A stretch of DNA of 33,189 nt from Acidimicrobiia bacterium (lineage in GTDB: Bacteria; Actinomycetota; Acidimicrobiia; Spongiisociales; ZC4RG35): positions 1 through 33,189 of the forward strand of contig DATDCF010000115.1 in NCBI GenBank assembly GCA_036524475.1. The letters run 5' to 3'. Made by a program: the position numbers and the translations under genes. Under the pieces are notes generated by a model. That model was given only the letters and a program-made list of their open reading frames with translations, did not search any database and had not been told where the DNA came from. Below, one piece after another: positions 26,156-33,189 of the stretch (its first letter is position 1; every line of letters starts with the position of its first letter).

Positions 26156-26281
26156 CGAGATGCCGACAATTCGGGGGCCATGCAGTAGGGAGCAGATTGG
26201 CTCTGCCGATCATCGGGACGTTGACTGCTCCAGAAATACGGACCAGGGAGTGGCGGCGGTGGGCCGCCACTCCGAAGACCG

Positions 26282-26683
26282 TTAGGCGGCGGTTATGTCG
26301 CGCCCGTGGGCGGTAAGAGCCCAGATCACGAAGGATCCGGCCGCGATCATGACCAGCGACCACAGTGGGTTGTAGGGGAGCCAGGCGAAGTTGGCCAGAA
26401 TGCTGACTCCGGCGATGATCACACCGAAAGTGCGTGCCCACACCGCCCCTGAGTAGAGCCCTACTCCGGCCAGAATCACCAGGATGCCTGCGATGAGGTG
26501 AACCCACCCCCACGTTGTCGCATCGAACGTGAGTATGTATTCGGGTGTCACCGCATAGAACTCGTCCTCGATGATTCCGGCTATACCGGCAATTGCGTGA
26601 AACGCTCCAAGCAGCCACATCCATACGGCTGCGAAAATCGTCCAACCGATTGCCCAACCACTGATCTCTCGATCCGTTGTCAT
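26282..26683 (-). CDS. four-TM membrane protein (DUF7144-like)
   Basis: 133 aa containing WAIGWTIFAAVWMWLLGAFHAIAGIAGI...FDATTWGWVHLIAGILVILAG, a pattern seen in actinobacterial membrane proteins. Confidence 0.7.
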   Translation of the reverse strand: MTTDREISGWAIGWTIFAAVWMWLLGAFHAIAGIAGIIEDEFYAVTPEYILTFDATTWGWVHLIAGILVILAGVGLYSGAVWARTFGVIIAGVSILANFAWLPYNPLWSLVMIAAGSFVIWALTAHGRDITAA

Positions 26684-26715
26684 TCCTTCTCCTTCTCCTT
26701 GGCTTTTTTACCCAT

Positions 26716-27279
26716 TCAGTGCGAGATGATGTCGATTGCCACCGTGATGGCAAGGATCAAAATCGCATCCTGGCCCGGCTCGATCTGGACCCCGTAGGTG
26801 TCGCGAACCCGGAACCACTTCTTCGACACTTCCGCTACCTTGTCGCTTCCTGCCGAAATCTGATATTCGTGATCGACGATGTTGCCCTGAACTTCCAGGT
26901 CAGGTCCGTCGCTGACCTTGACGCTGTATCGTTCCCGAAGGGGAGTGATCATCGCCTTTTTGATTGTGGCCAGAGTTCCTCCGTCAGGCCCCTCCACTTC
27001 GACCGTGTCCCGAACCCGCACCGGTCGGTCCTGAATATGAGCCAGTGCATTGCCGTTGGGGTCTTCAAAGATCAGCGTCTTACGCAATCGGAGTGCCTTG
27101 CCGTTGACTTTGAAGGCGCGTTCGCCGTGATTGGTCTCGATCCAGGAGTCGTCCCCGATCGAGAGCAGTTTCTCTTTCATCTGGTACTGGATGGCATCGC
27201 CACCGCGACCGAAGGTCTGTCGATCGTCCTGGCGTTCTTCTCTACGTTCTTGTCTGCGCCGTACCGGCATTTTTGTCAA
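26716..27279 (-). CDS. LURP-one-related (tubby C-terminal-like/scramblase-fold) protein
   Basis: Contains MKEKLLSIGDDSWIET..GERAFKVNGKALRLRKTLIFEDPNGN...ISAGSDKVAEVSKKWFRVRDTYGVQI after a basic N-terminal tail. Confidence 0.8.
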   Translation of the reverse strand: MTKMPVRRRQERREERQDDRQTFGRGGDAIQYQMKEKLLSIGDDSWIETNHGERAFKVNGKALRLRKTLIFEDPNGNALAHIQDRPVRVRDTVEVEGPDGGTLATIKKAMITPLRERYSVKVSDGPDLEVQGNIVDHEYQISAGSDKVAEVSKKWFRVRDTYGVQIEPGQDAILILAITVAIDIISH

Positions 27280-27447
27280 CTTCCTTTCGGCGATCCTACT
27301 CAGTCACCCGGCCGTCGGTGGATCATAGGGGCACTGAGAAACTCCGGTGTCTCGATTCTCGCGCCCGGACATGCCGATTACCGGTATGTGCCATAGCTCG
27401 AACAATTCCCTAACGTCGGTGTGGATTCGTCCGATAACTGAGTAGAT

Positions 27448-28200
27448 ATGACTTATGGCTCCCCCAAAGCCGAGCAGTCAACCCCGACGTTGACCACCAA
27501 ATCACGCAACGCGTTCGCAGCGAGAACCGTCGGCATTCCATCCTGGGTTTTGCTCATTCAGATCTTCATCGGTCTGGGTTGGCTCCGAGGTGCGGTGGAG
27601 AAGATGATCGAGCCCTCGTGGTGGACCGGCGTGGACTTACAGATCTTCTTGTTCCAGCAAGCAGACGACATGCTGGGCTGGTATCGACCGATCGCCAATA
27701 ATTGGATCGCCCCTTATGCCGCGAGTGTCGCCATCGCAGTTGTCGCCGTTCAACTCTTTGCGGCGTCGACTCTCCTCAGCGGTCGTCTCGTCAGGCTCGG
27801 GCTGTTTGCCGGTATGTTGCTGAACCTCAATTTCATGGCCGCGGGTTCTGTCAACCCTTCGGTCTTCTACTTGCTCGCTCAGGGTGTACTTGTCCTCTGG
27901 CTGGCCGAGCAGTCACTGCCGGGCAAATCGGTGCCCAGACTGCTCTCGGGAGCCGCATATCTGTCCTATGTAGTCGGAGTTATGAGCCTCCCCTATATCC
28001 GGACCATTCATCCCGCCGAGATCATGACCGACCCGGCGGTGATGCTGGTCTTCTCCGCAGTTCTGACAGTGGTTGTGTGTGATCACGCCTACCGTCGTAT
28101 CGTCGGTGGGCGCGGCTTACCTGCACTGAACTGGCTATTCCAACGTGAGGAATCGCGGTTGGCCCGCTTAGCCAAACAGGAATTGTCGACAAGCGCCTAG
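27448..28200 (+). CDS. integral membrane protein (DoxX/DoxD-like)
   Basis: 250 aa with about 5-6 TM helices. The family assignment is tentative. Confidence 0.6.
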   Translation: MTYGSPKAEQSTPTLTTKSRNAFAARTVGIPSWVLLIQIFIGLGWLRGAVEKMIEPSWWTGVDLQIFLFQQADDMLGWYRPIANNWIAPYAASVAIAVVAVQLFAASTLLSGRLVRLGLFAGMLLNLNFMAAGSVNPSVFYLLAQGVLVLWLAEQSLPGKSVPRLLSGAAYLSYVVGVMSLPYIRTIHPAEIMTDPAVMLVFSAVLTVVVCDHAYRRIVGGRGLPALNWLFQREESRLARLAKQELSTSA

Positions 28201-28359
28201 TCGCGGGTTTCGGGTGGTTCGCCGGATCTCCGGGATTGCCCGATCCGCCTTTCATGTAGTCGACAGGAGTAAAGCTCTATGCTGGCGAGCCGCAGATGTC
28301 TCGATGTATCGGAGTGAAGAAGTGATCAGGATTTCAACCTTCTGGCTCCCGGAGGCGAA

Positions 28360-30729
28360 TTGGTGAAAACCGTCGCGATCCCGCGCGCATCGTATTTCGT
28401 AGCGACCCACGGGCAGCCAAGAGTGCGACGTCCTAGAGACATCCTCATGACTGGTATCGGGCTGATACTCGCCCTGTGGGCCATCGCCACAGCCGACCAT
28501 GTCGCAAGTTGGGACTCGTCCTTCACCCAGCTCGTGCAGTCAGGCCCGAGCTGGGTCGAGTCACTGCTTTCATTGGGATACCTGTTGAGCATGATCCATG
28601 CCCTGGCCATCATTGGTGCGCTCGTCCTGGGTGGGCGGGAACGGCGCGAGGCATTGCGGGACATTGCGATCGTCGCGATCGGAACAACAGCTCTGGTAGT
28701 CCTTCTGTCCCAGCTGATCAACGGGACTTGGCCGTATTTCGTGCCGGAGGTCGATCTGCAAAATCCGGTCGCCCAATTTCCGGTGGCGAGGGTCGCCGTG
28801 GTCACGGCGATCTTGATTTGCGCCACTCCGTTTGTGACCCGCCCGCTGAAGTTCATCGGATGGTTTGCAGTGCTGGTGACCTCGATTGCCGCCGTCGGGT
28901 TGGAGTACGGAACGGTACGGCACACAATAGGATCGTTCGGAGTCGGTCTGTTTTCCGCGGGTTTGTTGCTCCTGATCGTGGGTTCACCGAAGGGTTACCC
29001 TGAGCCCGATTCAGTAGCGGCCGGATTGCGTCTACTGGGGGCTGAGAGCAGCGGGATAGCTCTGGCCAAGAATCAGACTTGGGGGGCTGTCCGCTTCACC
29101 GCTCGCGGGGATGGGGGGAAACCCCTCGATATAAAGGTTTTGGGACGAGACGCAGCAGACTCCCAGCGTGCCGCGAGGTTGTGGAGGACCTTGTGGTACC
29201 GCGAGATGAGTCGCACTGCGAGCCATTCCCGGCTCCAGACGGTCGAACACGAGGCACTCACCACGATGATGGCCGCTCGGGCCGGAGTCAAGGTCCCAGA
29301 ACTGGTCGCAGTAGGGAATCCAACTTCTGAGATCGCCCTGATTGCCCTGGAAATAGGTGGTGTGACTCTGGCCGAGGTCGAACCCTCCTCCTTGACGGAC
29401 CAGTTCCTGGTCGGCCTCTGGCGCGATGTCCAATTGATGCACGACCATTCGATCAGCCACGGACGGCTAAGCACCGCTGCGATCCGTGTCGACTCGGATG
29501 ACTTCCTGATCACGGACTTTGCCTACGGGTCACTGGCTCCTGATGATGCCAGCCAATCCGAAGACGCGATGGAGTTGTTGTTTTCCCTCGCTCTCATCGT
29601 CGGGCCGGAGCGGGCGGCCAGGTCGGCGTTTGATGGACTCGGGAGGGACTCGCTCATCGAGAAACTGCCATATCTCCAGCTACCGGCGATCAGCGCAACC
29701 AGCCGACGGCTCGCTGAGAATCCCAAGAAAGTCATGTCGGGATTGGTGGGAGCCGTTCTTGCTCTCACCGAGACCGAGGCTCCCGAACCGGTAAAGCTTC
29801 GACGGGTAACGCTTCGCAATCTGATAACGGCCGCCCTTCTGCTCCTCGTCGCGTTTGCACTGGTCCCACTGTTCACGAACGTCGACTATGCCGAGATCTG
29901 GGCTGTTCTGCAGACCTCTGATTGGACTCTGATGGTGGCCGCCCTTCTCGTGGGCCAGACCCAATTCCTCCCCTCAGCAGCTTCGACCATGTTCGCTGTC
30001 AGCGTGCCACTCCCTTTCTGGCCGTTGGTCACCCTGCAGACCGCGGCCCAGTTCGTAAGCCTGGCGATACCGAGTTCCGCGGGACGGATAGCCATGAACA
30101 CGGCCTTCCTCCACAAGTTCGGGCTATCGGTAACTTCAGCCCTCACTCAGGGTGCCATCGACGGTTTCTCCGGATTCATTGTTCAAGCTTTGATCCTTCT
30201 GTTCGTCTTCCTGACTGGTGACGTTTCCTTGAATATCGACACGTCGAGCATCCCCTGGTTACTAATTCTGGGAATCGTCGTTTTGATCATCATCGGGGCC
30301 GTGATAACTATTCTGCGGGTTCAAAAGCTGCGTGACCGCATTGTTCCGATACTCGCCCAGTCCTGGGACGCACTTGCCGTCGTCGTCAAGCAACCATCCC
30401 GCGCCATCGGACTGCTCGTGAGCAGCTTTATCTACTGGAACATTTTGGGTATGACCCTCTGGCTCTTGCTCGAAGCTGTCGGTGCCCCCCTCGACTACGG
30501 TTCGGCATTGTTCGTCGTGGCCGGCACCAGCCTGTTCGCAGGATTCATGCCGGTTCCAGGTGGGGTTGGAGTTGCTGAAGCCACCATGACGGCAATTCTT
30601 GCGACTTTCGGGGTTGATAGTTCCGCCGCGTTCGCAGCAACGGCGGTCTATCGGGTCATCACCTTCTATCTGCCTGCCCTCGAAGGACTCTTTGGCATGA
30701 GGTGGCTCGAGCGCAACGAGTACATCTGA
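28360..30729 (+). CDS. flippase-like (lysylphosphatidylglycerol-synthase TM region/UPF0104) membrane protein with an N-terminal TM bundle and a central kinase-like, probably inactive, domain
   Basis: 789 aa: about 6 TM helices, then a kinase-like region (LDIKVLGRD, EHEALTTMMAARAGVKVPELV, SHGRLSTAAIRV, ITDFAYG), then about 8 TM helices typical of MprF-type flippase domains. TTG start follows GGAGG. Confidence 0.8.
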   Translation: MVKTVAIPRASYFVATHGQPRVRRPRDILMTGIGLILALWAIATADHVASWDSSFTQLVQSGPSWVESLLSLGYLLSMIHALAIIGALVLGGRERREALRDIAIVAIGTTALVVLLSQLINGTWPYFVPEVDLQNPVAQFPVARVAVVTAILICATPFVTRPLKFIGWFAVLVTSIAAVGLEYGTVRHTIGSFGVGLFSAGLLLLIVGSPKGYPEPDSVAAGLRLLGAESSGIALAKNQTWGAVRFTARGDGGKPLDIKVLGRDAADSQRAARLWRTLWYREMSRTASHSRLQTVEHEALTTMMAARAGVKVPELVAVGNPTSEIALIALEIGGVTLAEVEPSSLTDQFLVGLWRDVQLMHDHSISHGRLSTAAIRVDSDDFLITDFAYGSLAPDDASQSEDAMELLFSLALIVGPERAARSAFDGLGRDSLIEKLPYLQLPAISATSRRLAENPKKVMSGLVGAVLALTETEAPEPVKLRRVTLRNLITAALLLLVAFALVPLFTNVDYAEIWAVLQTSDWTLMVAALLVGQTQFLPSAASTMFAVSVPLPFWPLVTLQTAAQFVSLAIPSSAGRIAMNTAFLHKFGLSVTSALTQGAIDGFSGFIVQALILLFVFLTGDVSLNIDTSSIPWLLILGIVVLIIIGAVITILRVQKLRDRIVPILAQSWDALAVVVKQPSRAIGLLVSSFIYWNILGMTLWLLLEAVGAPLDYGSALFVVAGTSLFAGFMPVPGGVGVAEATMTAILATFGVDSSAAFAATAVYRVITFYLPALEGLFGMRWLERNEYI

Positions 30730-30742
30730 CGCGATTCGGGGC

Positions 30743-31597
30743 TCAGTCGAAGACGGCTGTGCGGTTTCCGTATGGGAGCACCCGACCTTCGAGATGCAAA
30801 CGGACGGCGCGGGCGAGGACGACCTTCTCGAGGTCACGGCCTTTCTGTCTGAGACCGGGTACTCCGTCACGATGGCTGACCCGCATGACATCCTGGACGA
30901 TGATCGGACCCTCGTCGAGGTCGGTGGTCACATAGTGGGCGGTGGCCCCGATTAGTTTGACGCCTCGTGTGTGTGCCTGGTGATAGGGCTTCGCTCCGGC
31001 GAAGGCCGGCAGAAAGGAGTGATGGATATTGATAATCCGGTTCTGATAGTCAATGACCATTGACTCGGGGATGATCTGCATGTAGCGCGCCAGGACCACG
31101 AGGTCGACTTCCTCATTGTCACAGATTTCTCGAATTCGGCTCGGATGCGAATTGCGATCTTCCGGATCTACCGGCACATGGTGGAACGGAATCCCGTAGT
31201 GGTCTGCAAGGAAACTGTGGTCGGGGTGGTTGGAGGCCACTAAGACCAGTTCTGAATTCCTCATCTCATCGATCGCCCAGCGACTCAACAAATCAGCCAA
31301 GCAGTGGGACTCCCTGGATGTAAGGATGGCTACGCGAACTCTCGAATGTGGAGCCTGCAGGGACCATTCCATATCAAAACGGGAAGCCACCTCATCGAAT
31401 TCATTGGCTACCCGGGCCACACCATCGGCGTCGATGAAGAACTGGATCCGCTGCAGGAACAAGTTCTTCTCATGGTCGATGTGCTGGTCGGCATGGAGGA
31501 TATTCGCTCCTCTTTCGGCGAGAAATTGAGCCACCGACGCCACGAGGCCGGGACGATCGGGGCATGTGACGAGGAGAGTGCACGGGTCGTGGTCCAT
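30743..31597 (-). CDS. purU: formyltetrahydrofolate deformylase
   Basis: 284 aa with an N-terminal ACT domain and a formyltransferase core (IINIHHSFLPAFAGAKPY, GATAHYV). Confidence 0.93.
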   Translation of the reverse strand: MDHDPCTLLVTCPDRPGLVASVAQFLAERGANILHADQHIDHEKNLFLQRIQFFIDADGVARVANEFDEVASRFDMEWSLQAPHSRVRVAILTSRESHCLADLLSRWAIDEMRNSELVLVASNHPDHSFLADHYGIPFHHVPVDPEDRNSHPSRIREICDNEEVDLVVLARYMQIIPESMVIDYQNRIINIHHSFLPAFAGAKPYHQAHTRGVKLIGATAHYVTTDLDEGPIIVQDVMRVSHRDGVPGLRQKGRDLEKVVLARAVRLHLEGRVLPYGNRTAVFD

Positions 31598-31643
31598 TCG
31601 CAGGAAGGTTTAGCAGAACATGGACTGGCGACCGGTTTACGCT

Positions 31644-32339
31644 CTAGGTCGAAGCCAGCGTGACAGCGAAACCAACCACGGTCCAGACTCCCGCCTGAGC
31701 TCCGCCTTTGTCGAATGCATAGGGCATGAGGGAGTTTGTCAGCATTGCCAGGAGGCCACCCGCGGCGAGGGCGGCAGCCCTGCTGCCGTCGGCACCCAGG
31801 GCACTTCCCACGAGATAGCCAATCCCAGCTGTAACCGCACACGCCACCACGACACTTCCCCACATCTTTGTCATCCTTGCCGCCTTCCATCCTGACTCGG
31901 CAAGGGCGGCCGATGGGGCGAGAGCCTGTGGAATGTTGGAAACCCAAACTGCGCCGAGGAAGGCGGCGCTGATTCCCTGCCCGGTGGCGATCTGGATCCC
32001 GAATATCACCGATTCGGGTACACCGTCGACCACGGCGCCGACGACGATGCCGAGCGGGCCGGATCCACCCCCTTCACCATATTTGGCTTCAACGATATGG
32101 TCACTGACAACAAAGACCCCCGCGCCGATCAGGAGCCAGATCGCCACCTGCCACACCGGGAGATTCATACTCTCGGGAATCAGATCGAATGCGACCGCAC
32201 TGACCAGGGCTCCGGCCCCAAACCCGGCCAGGGCGCCGATGACCTTGGACGGGATCTTGATTCCATACACGACCAGGCCGCTCAAAATCAGCGAAGACTG
32301 AGCCAGGCCACCGAGGAGGAGGGCGTCCCAAAAACTCAA
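31644..32339 (-). CDS. ZIP-family divalent metal transporter
   Basis: Multi-TM protein with FDLIPES, SDHIVE and GVPESVIFG motifs. I prefer the TTG start at 32339 (AGGAGA lies 6 nt upstream). The ORF-track start at 32528 would add a non-membrane Arg/Ser-rich extension overlapping the ABC gene. Confidence 0.8.
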   Translation of the reverse strand: MSFWDALLLGGLAQSSLILSGLVVYGIKIPSKVIGALAGFGAGALVSAVAFDLIPESMNLPVWQVAIWLLIGAGVFVVSDHIVEAKYGEGGGSGPLGIVVGAVVDGVPESVIFGIQIATGQGISAAFLGAVWVSNIPQALAPSAALAESGWKAARMTKMWGSVVVACAVTAGIGYLVGSALGADGSRAAALAAGGLLAMLTNSLMPYAFDKGGAQAGVWTVVGFAVTLAST

Positions 32340-32430
32340 ATTGTGTCTCCTGTCCGATCTGGCTTTGCGGAAGCGTAGCCACGCCACACTCGGCGTAGTG
32401 CTCAGCTCGGGTTGAGCCAGAGGCCAGGAG

Positions 32431-33189
32431 CTATCGGACTGTCGACGGAGTTCCCACGACCGACTCGTCGGGCAGATCGACCTCGGGACCGGCAAATTGC
32501 GAGTTATACAAGGCGGCGTACGCTCCATCTCTTGTGATGAGTTCCTGATGGTTGCCTCGTTCGACGATCTGGCCGTGTTCCATGACCAGAATCAGGTCAG
32601 CATCTCGGATAGTGGAGAGCCGATGAGCGATGACAAAGCTAGTTCTCTTGGTTCTCAGGGCAGCCATGGCATGCTGAAGAAGTAACTCTGTCCTGGTGTC
32701 GACAGAGCTTGTGGCTTCATCGAGAATGAGAAGAGCCGGGTTTGCGAGAAACGCCCGGGCAATGGTGATCAACTGCTTCTCGCCGGAACTGACGTTGCTT
32801 CCCTCGTCGTCGATAACCGTCTCGTAGCCATCCGGGAGACTGTGGACGAACCGTTCCACGAATGTCGCCCGCGCTGCCTCGAAAATTTCTTCGTCAGTGG
32901 CGTCGGGTCGTCCGTAGGCGATGTTTTCTCGAATGGTTCCCTTGAATAGCCATGTGTCCTGGAGCACCATTCCGATTCTCGACCTGAGGTCGCCGCGCGG
33001 GACAGATGCAATGTCGACGTCATCGAGCAAGATCCGACCGGCGTTCAACTCGTAGAACCTCATGATTAGATTCACGAGGGTCGTCTTCCCGGCCCCCGTG
33101 GGCCCGACGATGGCCACTGTTTGCCCGGGTTTGACCACCATTGATAGGTTCTCGATCAGCGGGCGATCCTCGTCGTATCGGAACGAGAC
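32431..33189 (-). CDS. ABC exporter, ATP-binding domain (partial; N-terminal TM domain lies beyond the window)
   Basis: Contains Walker [10 protein letters not shown], signature SGGEKQ, Walker B LILDEATS and an H-loop. The frame stays open to the window edge (...[20 protein letters not shown]). Confidence 0.9.
   Translation of the reverse strand, partial: VSFRYDEDRPLIENLSMVVKPGQTVAIVGPTGAGKTTLVNLIMRFYELNAGRILLDDVDIASVPRGDLRSRIGMVLQDTWLFKGTIRENIAYGRPDATDEEIFEAARATFVERFVHSLPDGYETVIDDEGSNVSSGEKQLITIARAFLANPALLILDEATSSVDTRTELLLQHAMAALRTKRTSFVIAHRLSTIRDADLILVMEHGQIVERGNHQELITRDGAYAALYNSQFAGPEVDLPDESVVGTPSTVR

Noticed and set aside
26070-27396. Long ORFs 26070-26753 (minus, 227 aa) and 26677-27396 (plus, 239 aa)
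   Set aside because: These are shadow ORFs overlapping the better-supported DUF7144-like and LURP-one-related genes. Their products are Arg-rich or lack any motif.

Overview
This is a high-GC chromosomal segment. WS/DGAT, an F420-type PPOX protein, amtB-glnK, DUF6325 and DUF7144-like genes suggest Actinomycetota, which is an inference. Gene content is mostly core nitrogen and amino-acid metabolism plus envelope and membrane proteins. Left to right: a frameshifted MBL-fold hydrolase, alaX, convergent amtB-glnK, and a fused aspartokinase/homoserine dehydrogenase (thrA-type). thrA is divergent from metY-metX, followed by gltB with no adjacent gltD. Next come a CvpA-CAP fusion, an EamA transporter, WS/DGAT, a 1017-aa ExeM/NucH-type secreted nuclease, a lipoprotein and tRNA-Arg(CCU). 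The tRNA is followed by a 2.2-kb islet of gene fragments bracketed by an imperfect ~105-bp direct repeat. After that lies a block of small membrane or DUF genes: DUF6325, a DUF45/M48 peptidase, a DUF7144-like protein, a LURP-one-related protein and a DoxX-like protein. The window ends with a 789-aa flippase-like protein carrying a degenerate kinase-like domain, purU, a ZIP transporter and a partial ABC exporter. The most interesting part is the 680-bp thrA / metY divergent intergenic region, which none of the listed ORFs explains. It appears to hold two back-to-back leader-peptide transcription attenuators. One is an ITTTT leader for thrA and the other is a leaderless MMC leader for metY-metX. 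Each has a TTGACGGGT-type promoter, an antiterminator segment inside the leader ORF and a strong intrinsic terminator. They flank a start-less C-terminal relic of histidinol dehydrogenase (hisD). I saw no CRISPR array, rRNA, transposase or integrase. All calls come from reading the sequence and from motif memory; no searches were run.
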